In this document: positions 37,995 to 49,739 of the stretch, piece by piece | Layout of the letters: the number at the start of each line of letters is the position of its first letter | Position numbering within the stretch: the first letter of the stretch is position 1 | From: an uncultured Chloroflexia bacterium | Lineage (GTDB): Bacteria > Chloroflexota > Dehalococcoidia > GIF9 > AB-539-J10 | Direction: 5' to 3' | Assembly (NCBI GenBank): GCA_963769975.1 | Contig: CAVYNS010000003.1 | Coordinates: 654,274-718,273 of the forward strand | Length of the DNA: 64,000 nucleotides | Notes under the pieces: model-generated | Database searches by the model: none | What the model saw: the letters and a program-made list of their open reading frames with translations, nothing else | What the model was told of the DNA's origin: nothing | Translations under genes and position numbers: made by a program

Positions 37995-38810
37995 ATGGTC
38001 AAGGTTGCTTTTCAGGGAGAAAGAGGCGCTTTCAGCGAGGATGCTGCGGCAAAGCTTTTTGGCAAGAACATTGATTTTTTGCCGTGTATCCGGCTGAAAG
38101 AGGTTTTTGAATTTGTGTCGCAGGATAAGGTTGAATTTGGGGTAGTCCCCTTGGAGAACTCTCAAGCTGGCAGTATTAACGAGACCTACGATTTGTTATT
38201 AGCGTATCCTCTTAATATATTTGCTGAAGTTATTCTCAAAGTAAGTCATTGCCTGATGGCTTTGCCAGGGGAAAAATTGGCAGATATAACAACAATTTAT
38301 TCTCATCCTCAAGCCTTAGCTCAATGTGCGGAATTTTTAAGTAAACTGAAGGTTGAAATTATGTCTAGCTATGATACCGCGGGCAGTGCCAAAATGATAA
38401 AAGAGAAAAAATTAAAGAACTGTGCTGCCATAGCTAGCAAAAGAGCTGCCGATATTTATGGACTGGAGATTCTGGCACCGGAAATCGAGACGAGTGTCAA
38501 TAACTACACCAAATTCGTGGCAATCTCCAAGCAGAAGGCTAAACCCGCCCAGCGAAGCAAAACCTCTCTCGTTTTTGCTGCTGAACATAAGCCTGGCTCT
38601 TTATATAGGATTTTGGGTATCTTCGCCACCAGAAATATAAACTTGACAAAACTGGAATCCAGACCAAGTCGAACTAAGCCCTGGGAATATGTTTTTTATG
38701 CTGATTTCGAAGGTCACTTAGATGGCGAAGTTTACCAGGAAGCTATGAGAGAATTACAGAGAGAGGCTACTTTCATTAAGATACTTGGCTCCTATCCTCA
38801 AGCCACCTGA
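37995..38810 (+). CDS. pheA: Prephenate dehydratase (PDT catalytic domain plus C-terminal ACT domain).
   Basis: 'VAFQGERGAFSE' N-terminus, the 'TRF/ESRP' region ('LESRPSRTKPWEYVFYADFEGH') and ACT motifs. Confidence 0.85.
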   Translation: MVKVAFQGERGAFSEDAAAKLFGKNIDFLPCIRLKEVFEFVSQDKVEFGVVPLENSQAGSINETYDLLLAYPLNIFAEVILKVSHCLMALPGEKLADITTIYSHPQALAQCAEFLSKLKVEIMSSYDTAGSAKMIKEKKLKNCAAIASKRAADIYGLEILAPEIETSVNNYTKFVAISKQKAKPAQRSKTSLVFAAEHKPGSLYRILGIFATRNINLTKLESRPSRTKPWEYVFYADFEGHLDGEVYQEAMRELQREATFIKILGSYPQAT

Positions 38811-38891
38811 AGTTAAGCTGTCAATAACCCCGCTTCTTAAATCTTGCTCAGATTCTGGAGATTCCCTTCCAGTTTTCACTCTGGCAAAATG

Positions 38892-39035
38892 CTAAGCTGC
38901 TCTTTTGACCAAAAGGAATAGCGGAATTGAGATTAGCTCCATGACAACGGCAAACAGGATTAAGTAGTTGATAGAAAGTCCATAGAGTAGCCCCATCAGG
39001 GCACCACCCAAAAACCAGCCGGCTCCCCGAGTCAG
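38892..39035 (-). pseudogene. Possible C-terminal remnant of a second MFS transporter ('GWFLGGALMGLLYGLSINYLILFAVVMELISIPLFLLVKRAA*'), inside a 590-bp non-coding gap.
   Basis: It resembles the C-terminus of the adjacent MFS protein ('GWLWNAVSPAATFYLGAGLALLATMGILILVKERA*'). There is an in-frame stop immediately upstream. Confidence 0.3.
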
Positions 39036-39402
39036 TTAATAGACAGAACTCCAAACATGATTTTCGAGGCAGCTTTTGCCTTTGCTTAAGCCATCCTTGT
39101 GCCGCACTCTAAATTCTATACAAGTGCTGTCTCATTGAACAAACCAGGCAATTGGGCAATTGTTGCGCGAGCAGAACGATCTATCGAAAAGTAACCCAAC
39201 AATTCTGATATTGTGCAATTTGCCGAATTGCACAGAAACTCATTTTGTTATCTGCCAAGCAAGTATTTTGCTGCTAGAATCTTATACTAGTTTTACCGGT
39301 TGACTCTTATTATGTATTCCAGCTACACTAACCCAATAGCGTCTCTTATTTGTTTTTCAAATAACGCTGACCTACATCATATTTGGCTGGAAGGATAAGT
39401 TA

Positions 39403-40638
39403 ATGGCTCGGCAGCCTAAGGCTCGAACATCAGATAGAAAAATACTCGGACTCCATCCCAATGTGTTCTTTCTTGGTCTTGTCAGTTTTTTTACTGATGT
39501 CAGTAGCGAGATGATTTTCACTCTCGTGCCGCTGTTTCTAACGAACGTGTTAAACGTCTCCACAACGCTGGTGGGCGTAGTCGGCGGTATATCGGATAGT
39601 ACTGATGCCATTTCCCGTCTTATTAGCGGACGCATCAGCGACAAAATGGGTAAACGTAAATTGTTAACAACGGTCGGCTACGGCCTAGCCACTGCGGTCA
39701 AGCCTTTCATGCTGCTAGCCAATGGGTGGGGAGCAGTGACCGGCATCCGCTTCGGCGACCGTATGGGAAAAGGCATACGTAGTTCTCCCCGTGACGCCTT
39801 GTTAGCAGACTCTCTCGATTCCAAAGAAAGGGGCAAGGGGTTTGGCTTAGCCCAGGCCCTGGACACCGCTGGAGCGATGGTTGGGCTGGCTTTAGTAGCA
39901 CTCATCGTTTATTTGATTGAGGGTTCCAGTGCATTTGATATGCAGCGCAACACGTATCACATGATGGTGCTAGTGGGCATATTCCCGGCGGTTATCGCGG
40001 TAGTCATCCTCATTGGCTTCGTTCGTGACATTAGAAAAGATGTAGCCATGAAGACAATAACAAATGCCCCGATGACCCAAACAAATCAGCCCTTTGATAT
40101 AAGATTCAAATTGTTTCTGGCAATCATGGCCGTCTTCACGCTTGGTAATTCCAGCGATTTTTTCCTGATCCTGCGTGCCCAAAATGTTCAGGTACCGCTA
40201 GTACAGATAGCTGTTATGCTGGTGGTCTTCAACGCTGTGTACAGTGTCGTCTCAACACCGATGGGTATGTTATCCGACAAACTGGGCAGGCGCCGCATTC
40301 TTGCATTGGGATGGCTCATCTATGCTCTCGTATATTTAGGTTTTGCACTGGCGACGGATATCTGGCAAATTTGGCTACTGTATGCCGCTTACGGCATTTA
40401 TTACGGGACAACGCAGGCTGCGGCCAGTGCTTTTGTCGCAGACTTGGCACCTGTGGAACGGAGAGGTTCGGCATATGGTCTTTTCCAGGGAATTACTGGT
40501 CTAGTACTGCTACCAGCTAGCATACTTGCTGGGTGGCTTTGGAATGCAGTCAGTCCGGCTGCCACCTTCTACCTGGGAGCAGGACTGGCTCTCCTGGCTA
40601 CAATGGGTATACTTATACTTGTGAAAGAGCGGGCATAG
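39403..40638 (+). CDS. MFS transporter.
   Basis: 12 predicted TM helices and the MFS signature 'GRISDKMGKRKLL' between TM2 and TM3. Confidence 0.8.
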   Translation: MARQPKARTSDRKILGLHPNVFFLGLVSFFTDVSSEMIFTLVPLFLTNVLNVSTTLVGVVGGISDSTDAISRLISGRISDKMGKRKLLTTVGYGLATAVKPFMLLANGWGAVTGIRFGDRMGKGIRSSPRDALLADSLDSKERGKGFGLAQALDTAGAMVGLALVALIVYLIEGSSAFDMQRNTYHMMVLVGIFPAVIAVVILIGFVRDIRKDVAMKTITNAPMTQTNQPFDIRFKLFLAIMAVFTLGNSSDFFLILRAQNVQVPLVQIAVMLVVFNAVYSVVSTPMGMLSDKLGRRRILALGWLIYALVYLGFALATDIWQIWLLYAAYGIYYGTTQAAASAFVADLAPVERRGSAYGLFQGITGLVLLPASILAGWLWNAVSPAATFYLGAGLALLATMGILILVKERA

Positions 40639-40731
40639 CGTTTATTACGGTTACAGTTCGCCTTTTTGAAAAAATCTCTGTATTTTTGAATTACTAAATG
40701 ACCTCAGAAATTTGGTAGGCTGGCAACTATG

Positions 40732-41310
40732 CTATAACTTTGCTCTTAGTTTTTTGTATGTGGCACTCACGGCTTCCGATACGACTTTGGTATCAGACAA
40801 CACCGGCATAAAGTTAGTGTCGCCTTGCCACCTGGGGACTATGTGAGTATGGAGATGCTCCGCTATCCCAGCTCCAGCAACCTTCCCCACATTCAAGCCA
40901 ATATTGAAGCCAGTTGGCTTCATTACCTCTTTCAGAAGTCCTAAGCCTTTCTTGATAATGTCAAAATGTTCCTTTGCTTCTCCATCAGTTAAGTCCTGTA
41001 AATTTGCTATATGCCGATAAGGGGCGACCATTAAATGCCCTGGATTATAGGGGAAGGCGTTCAGGATTATGAAATTGTGTTGACCACGATAAAGGATAAA
41101 ATTTGCCTCGTCGTTATTTCCCCTGGGTTTCTGGCATAAAATACAGCCGCTTTCTGCTGCCATCTGTATATATTCTATGCGCCATGGTGCCCAAAGATAT
41201 TCCATTAAACCTATATAGTATGCTGATTCTGGGTTAAGTGCAATAGGATTCCTAGTTGAGATGAAAAATTCTGGATGTGGCAAAATGAGTTGACTACAGG
41301 ATTTAGTCAA
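40732..41310 (-). CDS. HIT family hydrolase (histidine triad). The true start is possibly the internal Met (MEYLWAPWR...).
   Basis: 'HLHTHIVPRW' histidine triad and 'GQHNFIILNAFPYNPGHLMV'. Confidence 0.75.
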   Translation of the reverse strand: MTKSCSQLILPHPEFFISTRNPIALNPESAYYIGLMEYLWAPWRIEYIQMAAESGCILCQKPRGNNDEANFILYRGQHNFIILNAFPYNPGHLMVAPYRHIANLQDLTDGEAKEHFDIIKKGLGLLKEVMKPTGFNIGLNVGKVAGAGIAEHLHTHIVPRWQGDTNFMPVLSDTKVVSEAVSATYKKLRAKL

Positions 41311-41333
41311 GAATAAAATACTTCGGAGTTAAT

Positions 41334-42674
41334 ATGCTTGAAGTTCTGACTCAAAAGTTAACCGCTGTATTTGATAAGCTTGGCAGGAAAGGCAAGCTTA
41401 GTGAAGGAGACATCGACGATGCTTTACGTCAGGTACGGCTGGCGCTTTTGGAAGCAGATGTAAACTTCAAGGTGGTCAAGGAATTCTTATCCAAGGTGCG
41501 AGAGCGTGCTCTTGGCTCTGAAGTATTGCGCAGCCTAACACCAGCCCAGCAGATTATCAAAATTGTTAATGAGGAATTAATCGCTATCTTGGGTGGAGAG
41601 CCTGGTCGTTTAGCTTCGGTTGCTGACTTACCGGCGGTCGTTTTGCTTGTAGGATTACAGGGCTCAGGTAAGACCACCACAGCAGCGAAGCTAGCTGTTC
41701 AGCTCAAACATCAAGGGCAGCGTCCTTTACTAGTAGCTGCCGACACTCGCAGACCTGCTGCTATTGAACAAATCAAGTCACTGGGTGAGCAACACGATAT
41801 TCCTGTATATAGTGAGGATGCTAGCGTAGCGTCAACTGCAATTTGCCAGCATGCTTTAAAGCAAGCCAAAGAAAGAGATGCAACCTGGGTTATAGTAGAT
41901 ACTCAGGGGCGTCTGCACATTGATGAAGCCCTGATGCAGGAATTGGCTGATATTAAATCCCTGGTACAGCCTTCAGAGGTATTGCTTACGGTAGATGCTA
42001 TGATTGGGCAGGATGCCGTAAGGGTAGCTCAAGAATTCCACAGCCGGATCGGGCTCACCGGACTCATCCTGACGAAGATGGACGGAGATGCCCGAGGTGG
42101 AGCTGCTCTTTCTATTAGATTTGTTACCGGGGTGCCCATAAAATACCTGGGCACGGGTGAGAAGATAGATGCACTGGAAGTATTTTATCCTGACCGTTTA
42201 GCATCACGCATCCTGGGTATGGGAGATATGCTCACCCTCATCGAGCGAGCTGAGACAGCTTTTGACCAGCAACAGGTCAAGAATTTGGAAGGGAAAATGC
42301 GCAGCGGGGATTTTGACCTTGAAGACCTTCTCAGTCAAATGCGTCAAATTCACAAGATGGGTTCCTTAGGGCGCCTGGTGGAAATGATACCGGGCTTTTC
42401 CAAATTCGCTTCTCATCTGCCAGATGACGAAGGTGAGAAACAGTTAAAGAGGATAGAAGCTATTATCTTGTCTATGACTTATGAGGAGCGGCGTAATCCA
42501 GCCATTATTGCTGGTAAACGGCGAAGCCGTATTGCTCGGGGGAGTGGCACCACATCCAAAGATGTTAATCAACTTCTTAATCAGTTTCGTGAAATACAAA
42601 AGTTGTCTAAGTCACTAACACGAGGCAAGTTACCTAAAAAGATGGGGACTATATTTGACATCCCCTTGAAGTGA
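41334..42674 (+). CDS. ffh: Signal recognition particle protein Ffh.
   Basis: N domain, G domain 'GLQGSGKTTTAAKLA', 'DTRRPAA', 'DTQGR', 'TKMDGDARGG', and a C-terminal Met-rich M domain. Confidence 0.9.
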   Translation: MLEVLTQKLTAVFDKLGRKGKLSEGDIDDALRQVRLALLEADVNFKVVKEFLSKVRERALGSEVLRSLTPAQQIIKIVNEELIAILGGEPGRLASVADLPAVVLLVGLQGSGKTTTAAKLAVQLKHQGQRPLLVAADTRRPAAIEQIKSLGEQHDIPVYSEDASVASTAICQHALKQAKERDATWVIVDTQGRLHIDEALMQELADIKSLVQPSEVLLTVDAMIGQDAVRVAQEFHSRIGLTGLILTKMDGDARGGAALSIRFVTGVPIKYLGTGEKIDALEVFYPDRLASRILGMGDMLTLIERAETAFDQQQVKNLEGKMRSGDFDLEDLLSQMRQIHKMGSLGRLVEMIPGFSKFASHLPDDEGEKQLKRIEAIILSMTYEERRNPAIIAGKRRSRIARGSGTTSKDVNQLLNQFREIQKLSKSLTRGKLPKKMGTIFDIPLK

Positions 42675-42753
42675 AATCAATCTAGGCCAAACCCGAAAAG
42701 TTTTGTAACTTTTTGGGAACCCTGATCGATTTGATTTTAGATCCACCGGGTTC

Positions 42754-42781
42754 CCACGAAAATCTTGCGATTTTCGTGGGT
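42754..42781. terminator. Perfect 12-bp stem hairpin between convergent ffh and rpoD (cccacgaaaatc-ttgc-gattttcgtggg), a likely bidirectional terminator.
   Basis: Read directly. It is followed by 'tgggtttag' on the plus strand. Confidence 0.5.
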
Positions 42782-42785
42782 GGGT

Positions 42786-44264
42786 TTAGTCTAGATAGCC
42801 CTTAAGCTTTCGGCTGCGGGTGGGATGACGTAACTTGCGCAGAGCCTTGCCTTCAATCTGTCGTATTCTTTCCCGAGTTACACTGAATTCTTTACCCACC
42901 TCTTCCAGAGTTCGAGCATGTCCGTCTTTAAGGCCAAATCTAAGTTGCAACACCTTTTTTTCACGCTCGGTAAGTTCATCAAGCACTTTATCTATTTGTT
43001 CCTTGAGCAGCTGCTGTGAAGTGGCTTCAGTCGGCGCTAAACTGGCATGATCTTCAACAAGGTCGCCTAATCGGCTATCTTCATCTTCGCCAATAGGCAT
43101 ATCTAGTGATATTGGCTCACGGAAAAACAAAGCCATGACTTCTTCTACCCTTTCCGGAGACATATCTAGGCGGCTGCCAATTTCTTCGTAACTTGGCTCG
43201 CGTCCAAGTTCTTGAACTAATTGCCGCATTGTACGTAATAGCTTGTTAATCGTTTCTACCATGTGTACCGGAATACGAATGGCACGGGATTGGTCAGCTA
43301 TAGAACGAGTGATACCTTGCCTGATCCACCAGGTAGCATAGGTACTGAACTTGTAGCCTTTTCTATACTGAAACTTATCTACAGCCCGGATAAGGCCAAT
43401 ATTTCCTTCTTGGATAAGCTCAAGGAGAGGCATGCCGTGCCCGATGTATTTCTTGGCTATGCTAACCACCAAGCGTAGGTTTGCTTCAGTGAGGTGCCTT
43501 TCTGATACTTTTGCTTCGGTTTGTACCTGTCTAAAGTAGACTTTAAACTCATTGCTATGAGAATCGATTCGAGATAGGAATTTGTCGTTAGTCAAGAGAT
43601 TCTTCAGCTTTTGCCATGAAGTTTTATCTTTAGCTAGGAGCTCTAGCAACTGCGGGGGCAAAAGCTGACTGTTTATGGAAAGATTTACTATAGCATCTTC
43701 AGCTGCAGTGGTTCCTTTGCCTGTGGCTTTAACAGTTGTCTCTATTAACAATGCGTCTATAACATCATCGATGGCGGAGCGAAATTTAGGATTCCTGATT
43801 GTCTCTACCACATTACTGGAGGGCTTGATACCAATATGCTCTTCGACAATCTGAACAATGGGGTACGCCTTGGACAATTGAGAAATCAGCTGAATAACTA
43901 TCTCAACGGGTGAAGGCAATTTCTTATATTTCTTGAAATGGTTTTCTTCAATTCCATCTAAGCTCCTGCCCAGCTCTATCTTCCGGCATAGTAACTTTTC
44001 TTCACTGACCTTTAGAAGTGGCACTCTGCCAATTTCCTGAAGATACATACGAGCTGAGTCATCTGTTATCTCATGTTCTTCTAGTGGTGCCGGTGGCTTG
44101 ATTTCTTCAGTTTCCTCAGCGAGTAATTCTTCGTTTTCTTCTTTTTCTTCCACTTCCTCGGCTAAAGTACTGACATCCTCAACCTCGGCTTCATCGCTGA
44201 GTAAGCCTTCAGCCACTACCTCTTCACTATCCAGGTTAATGGGTTCTTCTTTCATTGAATCCAT
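42786..44264 (-). CDS. rpoD: RNA polymerase sigma factor RpoD (primary sigma-70).
   Basis: Region 2 '[19 protein letters not shown]', region 4 '[15 protein letters not shown]', and an acidic N-terminal region. Confidence 0.9.
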   Translation of the reverse strand: MDSMKEEPINLDSEEVVAEGLLSDEAEVEDVSTLAEEVEEKEENEELLAEETEEIKPPAPLEEHEITDDSARMYLQEIGRVPLLKVSEEKLLCRKIELGRSLDGIEENHFKKYKKLPSPVEIVIQLISQLSKAYPIVQIVEEHIGIKPSSNVVETIRNPKFRSAIDDVIDALLIETTVKATGKGTTAAEDAIVNLSINSQLLPPQLLELLAKDKTSWQKLKNLLTNDKFLSRIDSHSNEFKVYFRQVQTEAKVSERHLTEANLRLVVSIAKKYIGHGMPLLELIQEGNIGLIRAVDKFQYRKGYKFSTYATWWIRQGITRSIADQSRAIRIPVHMVETINKLLRTMRQLVQELGREPSYEEIGSRLDMSPERVEEVMALFFREPISLDMPIGEDEDSRLGDLVEDHASLAPTEATSQQLLKEQIDKVLDELTEREKKVLQLRFGLKDGHARTLEEVGKEFSVTRERIRQIEGKALRKLRHPTRSRKLKGYLD

Positions 44265-46041
44265 GGGCTTGTTCTTTTTTAATAAAGACTTCCTGAAGTC
44301 GTTGCCCAGAATTTATTCCTTGCTCCTCCAGTTTGGCCAACTCTGAGCTTATACCGCCTTTTTCCCTCTCAATTTCAAGCGTCGCCTCTTTCTCAGTTTC
44401 TAATTTCCGGGATAACTTTTCCTGCAGACGGAGAATACACTGGGCTAGATCACGATGCCGTGTTCGTTCGCTTTCCTTTATAGCTGGCGGGAAATCTTCA
44501 TTAACCAAGTAGTATAAATGTTCTAATAAACTAGTGTCAAGTTTGCTTTCAAGTTCTGACATATCTGAAGAATGTTGCCATTTGACAAAGATCTCCCGAT
44601 TTTCCGTGTACTCGAAGTGCTCTGGTGATAGCTCTCGAGCTGAAGGACGAAGCTCTGGATACTGAAGGAGAAGTGCCAAGCAGTATTCTTCAATAGGGCT
44701 AGACACAAGCTGGCGGGCAAGGCGAGATTGCTCTGTGGGCTTACTAACTCGAGGCCTTCCGCTGGCGGTCTTTAACTTCTGCAAGGCAACTTCTATGTCC
44801 GACGTTTCGATTTTTAATGCCCGAGCCAGTTTCTCCACATAATGGAATTTTTGTGTGGGGTCTTTTATTTCATAAATTGAGGGCAGGAGTTTTTGCACAG
44901 CCAAGGACTTGTCTCTGGCTTTATTGATATCAACCTTGCCTATCACAGATTGAAAAGCGAAGTCCATAATAGGCATAGCTTGTTCTACTAGCTTCTGCCA
45001 GAGAGCCGGCTCCTCTTCTATTACTTCGTCCGGGTCCTTGCCTTGGGGTAATAAGATAACATTTGCTTCAGCATTGGAGTAAGCTAATATCGCTTTGCCT
45101 CGTAAGGTAGCTTCTTCTCCGGCAAGATCGGCATCAAGTGCCAGAGTTACGTTATTGGTTAATCTTTTAATGCCTTCCACCTGTTTCTCAGTCAAAGAAG
45201 TTCCCATTGAGCCAACCACATTCTGCCAGCCGTGCTGGTGAGCAATAAGAACATCCATGTAGCCTTCCACGATTATTACTAAGTTCTTCTTTCTGATGGC
45301 AGATTTAGCCTTATCAATGCCATACAAGCTGCTACTCTTATCAAAAATTGGTGTTTGGGGGGAGTTGATATATTTAGGCAGGGAGTCATCCAGCACTCTC
45401 GCTCCGAAACCAGTGACTCGACCCTGGATATCACATATAGGAAACATCAGTCGCTCGCGAAATCGATCGTAACTACCTTCCTTCTCTTTTTCGATTATTA
45501 GACCAGCTTCTACGAGCTCCTTTTCTGCGTAACCTTTACCCAGTAGGTAATTTTTAATGGTTTCCCAAGCATTGGGGCTGAAACCGAGACGGGACTCTTT
45601 GATGGTCTCGGGTGTGACCTTTCTTTTTGTCAGATAGCTTCTCACTATCTCCCCTGCTTTAGTGCCTGAAAGTACATGGTGGTAGTATTCAGTAGCTGCC
45701 TCATTAATCTGAAATAATCTCTCTTTCTTTTCATCCTCAGCCTTGTTCGGTGTCTCAAGGGGGCTTAAAGTTATGCCTGCTCTTTGAGCCAAAAAACGAA
45801 GAGCTTGGCCAAAATCAATGCCCTCCTTTTTCATGATAAAAGAGAAGATATCTCCACCAGTTCCGCAGGCGCCAAAGCAATGCCAGCTTTGTTGCTCTGG
45901 AAAGACAAAAAAAGAAGAATGTTTCTCAGTGTGGAAGGGGCATAAGCCTTTGAAGTTACGCCCCGCTTTTTGCAGAGTAACATATTCAGAGACAATCTCT
46001 ACTATATCTAACTTTTGCTTTACTTCTGTGATTGCGCTCAT
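44236..46041 (-). CDS. dnaG: DNA primase.
   Basis: Zinc-binding '[11 protein letters not shown]...CFGCGTGGD' and the TOPRIM '[10 protein letters not shown]'. Confidence 0.9.
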   Translation of the reverse strand: MSAITEVKQKLDIVEIVSEYVTLQKAGRNFKGLCPFHTEKHSSFFVFPEQQSWHCFGACGTGGDIFSFIMKKEGIDFGQALRFLAQRAGITLSPLETPNKAEDEKKERLFQINEAATEYYHHVLSGTKAGEIVRSYLTKRKVTPETIKESRLGFSPNAWETIKNYLLGKGYAEKELVEAGLIIEKEKEGSYDRFRERLMFPICDIQGRVTGFGARVLDDSLPKYINSPQTPIFDKSSSLYGIDKAKSAIRKKNLVIIVEGYMDVLIAHQHGWQNVVGSMGTSLTEKQVEGIKRLTNNVTLALDADLAGEEATLRGKAILAYSNAEANVILLPQGKDPDEVIEEEPALWQKLVEQAMPIMDFAFQSVIGKVDINKARDKSLAVQKLLPSIYEIKDPTQKFHYVEKLARALKIETSDIEVALQKLKTASGRPRVSKPTEQSRLARQLVSSPIEEYCLALLLQYPELRPSARELSPEHFEYTENREIFVKWQHSSDMSELESKLDTSLLEHLYYLVNEDFPPAIKESERTRHRDLAQCILRLQEKLSRKLETEKEATLEIEREKGGISSELAKLEEQGINSGQRLQEVFIKKEQAHGFNERRTH

Positions 46042-47096
46042 TGAGATATCTCTTCAGCTAATCTTAGCGCATATTGATCGGTCATTCCAGCAATATAATC
46101 AACAACTTCGCGCTCCCTATTATCCGGCAAAGAGACAAATTCTGGAGGTAATCTCTCACTGTTCTTCAGGAAATGAGAATACAGCAAACGCAATACTTTT
46201 CTCGCATTTATTGCATCCTCTCCAGCTAAGCTGGGATAGTATACTTTGTTAAATAGAAACTGGCGGAGTATGTTAGTTGCCCTAATGACTTCAGGGCTCA
46301 TGCCTATAGTTGGATTAGTTAAATTGCCATTGCCACTAACAGGCCAGGAGCAGTCTATAATATCACAAACCAGAGTATTAATTCGCTGTGAATGCGTATG
46401 TCCCAGAGTGGCTACTATTGGCTCAGGCAAATCATTCTGGGAGGTAATGCCAGCTCTTATAGCATCTTCGACGTCATGGTTGACATACGCCACAATATCG
46501 GCTATCTTGCATATCTGACCCTCTAAAGTATGGACATCTCCCCATCCCTCTCCCAAGATGTCAGCTTGCCCCTTGGAATGATTGAGAATGCCATCTCTCA
46601 CTTCCCAGGTAAGATTTAGCCCCTGGCCCTCTCTCTCCAATAAATCGACTACCCTTAAGCTTTGCTCATTATGTCTGAAACCATCGTGATACAACTCGTT
46701 TAGTACTTCCTCGCCTATATGACCAAAAGGCGTGTGCCCTAAATCATGTCCGAGAGCGATAGCTTCAGCAAGGTCTTCGTTGAGATTTAAAGCTCGAGCT
46801 ATAGTTCTGGCTATTTGGGATACTTCCAGAGTGTGAGTAAGCCTGGTGACATAATGGTCACCCAAAGGAGCAATAAAAACCTGTGTCTTATGTTTTAGCC
46901 GACGGAAGGCCTTGGAATAGATGATACGATCACGGTCACGTTGGAAACTGGTTCTTATGGGACATGGCTCTTCCCACCTCAGCCGACCACGACTGAACTT
47001 ACTCTTAACAGCATAAGGAGAAAGGGCCTCTTCTCTCTTCTCTGCCTGCTCACGTATGTTGGGCTTGTTAACCATGGAATCACTGCAATATAGCAA
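46038..47096 (-). CDS. dGTP triphosphohydrolase-like HD-domain protein.
   Basis: HD motif 'HTLEVSQIAR...GHDLGHTPFGH'. Its stop overlaps the dnaG start. Confidence 0.8.
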   Translation of the reverse strand: MLYCSDSMVNKPNIREQAEKREEALSPYAVKSKFSRGRLRWEEPCPIRTSFQRDRDRIIYSKAFRRLKHKTQVFIAPLGDHYVTRLTHTLEVSQIARTIARALNLNEDLAEAIALGHDLGHTPFGHIGEEVLNELYHDGFRHNEQSLRVVDLLEREGQGLNLTWEVRDGILNHSKGQADILGEGWGDVHTLEGQICKIADIVAYVNHDVEDAIRAGITSQNDLPEPIVATLGHTHSQRINTLVCDIIDCSWPVSGNGNLTNPTIGMSPEVIRATNILRQFLFNKVYYPSLAGEDAINARKVLRLLYSHFLKNSERLPPEFVSLPDNREREVVDYIAGMTDQYALRLAEEISQ

Positions 47097-47140
47097 CTCA
47101 AGGCAAAATCCTTAATTTGTTACAGCGGCACCTTGCATCC

Positions 47141-49564
47141 TCACGCGCGTTTTCCTTTGGTTTTTGCTTTTATCCTATTTTCCACCTGCGCAATATTTAA
47201 CCTCGTTGACAATACCACATCCGGGTTCAGAGACATCGAATCTATCCCGCACTCAACCAGAAACTCGGCAAATTCCGGGAAATCACTCGGCGCCTGACCA
47301 CATATCCCTACCTTTTTCCTCGGTTTGTGACTGTGTGCTACCTCTATGACCTGCTTCACCAGTCTTTTCACTGCTTCATTTCTTTCATCAAATATGTGTG
47401 CCACAAGTTCGGAATCCCTATCTAAACCAAGGGTTAATTGCGTTAAATCATTCGACCCGATACTGAATCCATCAAACACATCGGCGAATTCCTCGGCCAA
47501 AATCACATTTGATGGTATCTCGCACATCACATACACTTCCAATCCATTTTCTCCTCGCCTTAAGCCAAACTCTCCCATGGCTTCTATCACCTTTCTCCCT
47601 TCTTCCGGCGTTCGGCAAAAAGGAACCATCACCTTGACATTGGTCAACCCCATCTCATCCCGTACTTTCTTTATCGCCTGGCATTCCAGACCAAAGGCAG
47701 GCTTGAACCTCTTATCATAATAACGAGATGCTCCTCTCCAGCCAATCATGGGATTTCTTTCTTTCGGCTCGTAACGATACCCCCCAATTAAATTGGCATA
47801 CTCATTTGTCCTAAAGTCAGAAAACCGAACGATGACCTCGTTGGGATAAAACCCCGCCGCTATCTTTGCTATCCCCATCGCCAAATTGTCAATGAAGAAC
47901 CCTCTTTTATCCTCATACGCTGCGCTCTTCTCATCTATCTCTTTAATTACCTTTGCTAATTTCTCGTCATTACTCGCTGCTTTCTTCAACTCATCGTATT
48001 CTATCAGCGCCATCGGATGTATGCCGATGTAAGAGTTGATGATGAACTCCTCCCGAGCTAAACCCACACCGTCATTGGGAATTTGACTCTGAATAAATGC
48101 ACCGCCGGGAATGCCAAAGTTCATCATTATTCTGGTCTTGGGCCTGGGCAGCTTGGTCACTTCTACTTCATCTATTCTATATTTCAGCTTCCCTTCATAT
48201 ATTCTGCCCTCGCCTCCTGAGCAATCTATCGTGACCTCTTTTATCTCCTTCAAAACCTCCGTCCCGTTGCCCGTGCTGATTACACAGGGTACCCCAAGCT
48301 CACGACTAACTATGGCTGCATGACAGGTCCTGCCACCTTTGTTTGTAATTATGCCACTAGCGACCTTCATTATCGGTTCCCAGTCGGGGTCTGTCATATC
48401 GGCGACCAAAACCTGACCACCTTTGAATTTTTGAATCTCACTGCTGTCTTCTATTACACATACTTCACCTTGTCCTATCTTCATACCCACTGGCTCCCCT
48501 CTAAGCAGTAACTTTCCCTTTTCTTCAAGCACATAAGTCCTCAGCGAAGCTAAGTCTATCTGTGAATGCACTGTCTCTGGTCTGGCTTGGACTACGAAGA
48601 GTTCCCCGGTTATCCCGTCTTTTGCCCATTCAATATCCATGGGCACGCCATAATGTTCCTCTATAATGCAAGCCCACCTGGCCAGAACCAAGATCTCATC
48701 ATCGTTTAGTGCGAACTGTCTTTGCTCTTCAACCTTGACCTCTTTCTGCTCCGCTCCAGACCCATGTCTCATATAGACCAATTTCCTGTCCTTCGTCCCC
48801 AGTTTCTTTTCTACAATGGGACTAAACCCTTCCTTTAAAGTGGGCTTGAAAACGTAAAACTGGTCTGGGTCAACAACCCCCTGTACCACATTCTCTCCCA
48901 AGCCATAGGCAGCAGTTATGTAGACCACGTCTCTGAAACCTGAATCTGTATCTATGGAAAACATAACACCAGAGCAGGCTAAATCAGAACGAATCATCTT
49001 TTGCACCCCCACCGAGAGGTAAACACTGAGATGATTGAAACCTTTATCTACCCGGTAGGATATTGCCCGGTTCGTGAACAAAGATGCAAAGCAGTCCATG
49101 ACCCTCTCCAGGAGGTCACCTTCTCCTCGTACATTCAAATAACTCGTCTGCTGTCCCGCAAATGAAGCTGTAGGCAGATCTTCGGCAGTGGCACTGCTTC
49201 TCACAGCGACATCCACGTTCTTTCCAAATCTCTCTTCCATCTTCCGATATGAAAGTCTTATCTCCTTCTCCAATTCTTTAGGGCAGGGAGAATGTGCTAT
49301 CAAGTTTCTTATCGTTTCGCCCCTCTCCGCCAAATTATCCATATCATGTGTATCTAGGCCCGCTAAAGTGTCTTTAATTTTTGGGCTTATACCTGCTTCC
49401 TCTACCACATACTTATATGCTTCAGCGGTGATAGCAAATCCTGATGGAATATTTACCCCCTTCTTACCCAGATTTCTTATCATTTCACCAAGAGATGCGT
49501 TTTTACCACCGACTAAAGCTATGTCTTTTGCTCCAATCTCTTCAAACCATTTCACAAACTTCAT
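47141..49564 (-). CDS. ppsA: Phosphoenolpyruvate synthase (pyruvate, water dikinase).
   Basis: N-terminal 'VGGKNASLGEM', central phospho-His 'GGRTCHAAIVSRELGVPCV', and a C-terminal PEP-utilising TIM domain. Confidence 0.85.
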   Translation of the reverse strand: MKFVKWFEEIGAKDIALVGGKNASLGEMIRNLGKKGVNIPSGFAITAEAYKYVVEEAGISPKIKDTLAGLDTHDMDNLAERGETIRNLIAHSPCPKELEKEIRLSYRKMEERFGKNVDVAVRSSATAEDLPTASFAGQQTSYLNVRGEGDLLERVMDCFASLFTNRAISYRVDKGFNHLSVYLSVGVQKMIRSDLACSGVMFSIDTDSGFRDVVYITAAYGLGENVVQGVVDPDQFYVFKPTLKEGFSPIVEKKLGTKDRKLVYMRHGSGAEQKEVKVEEQRQFALNDDEILVLARWACIIEEHYGVPMDIEWAKDGITGELFVVQARPETVHSQIDLASLRTYVLEEKGKLLLRGEPVGMKIGQGEVCVIEDSSEIQKFKGGQVLVADMTDPDWEPIMKVASGIITNKGGRTCHAAIVSRELGVPCVISTGNGTEVLKEIKEVTIDCSGGEGRIYEGKLKYRIDEVEVTKLPRPKTRIMMNFGIPGGAFIQSQIPNDGVGLAREEFIINSYIGIHPMALIEYDELKKAASNDEKLAKVIKEIDEKSAAYEDKRGFFIDNLAMGIAKIAAGFYPNEVIVRFSDFRTNEYANLIGGYRYEPKERNPMIGWRGASRYYDKRFKPAFGLECQAIKKVRDEMGLTNVKVMVPFCRTPEEGRKVIEAMGEFGLRRGENGLEVYVMCEIPSNVILAEEFADVFDGFSIGSNDLTQLTLGLDRDSELVAHIFDERNEAVKRLVKQVIEVAHSHKPRKKVGICGQAPSDFPEFAEFLVECGIDSMSLNPDVVLSTRLNIAQVENRIKAKTKGKRA

Positions 49565-49739
49565 AGTTCCTTCTCCAATCTATAAAGTAGGGCCATATTC
49601 ACATAATCCTAACAGTTAAATCTATTTCCTTGTTCACAGGCGGGAATATTAAGAAGAGGGTACTTCATTATATCATGTCCCTGTAAGCTCAAAGGAAGAG
49701 GCACTTTTGCCTCTCCTGCGTGGCTCAACCGTTGCCAAC

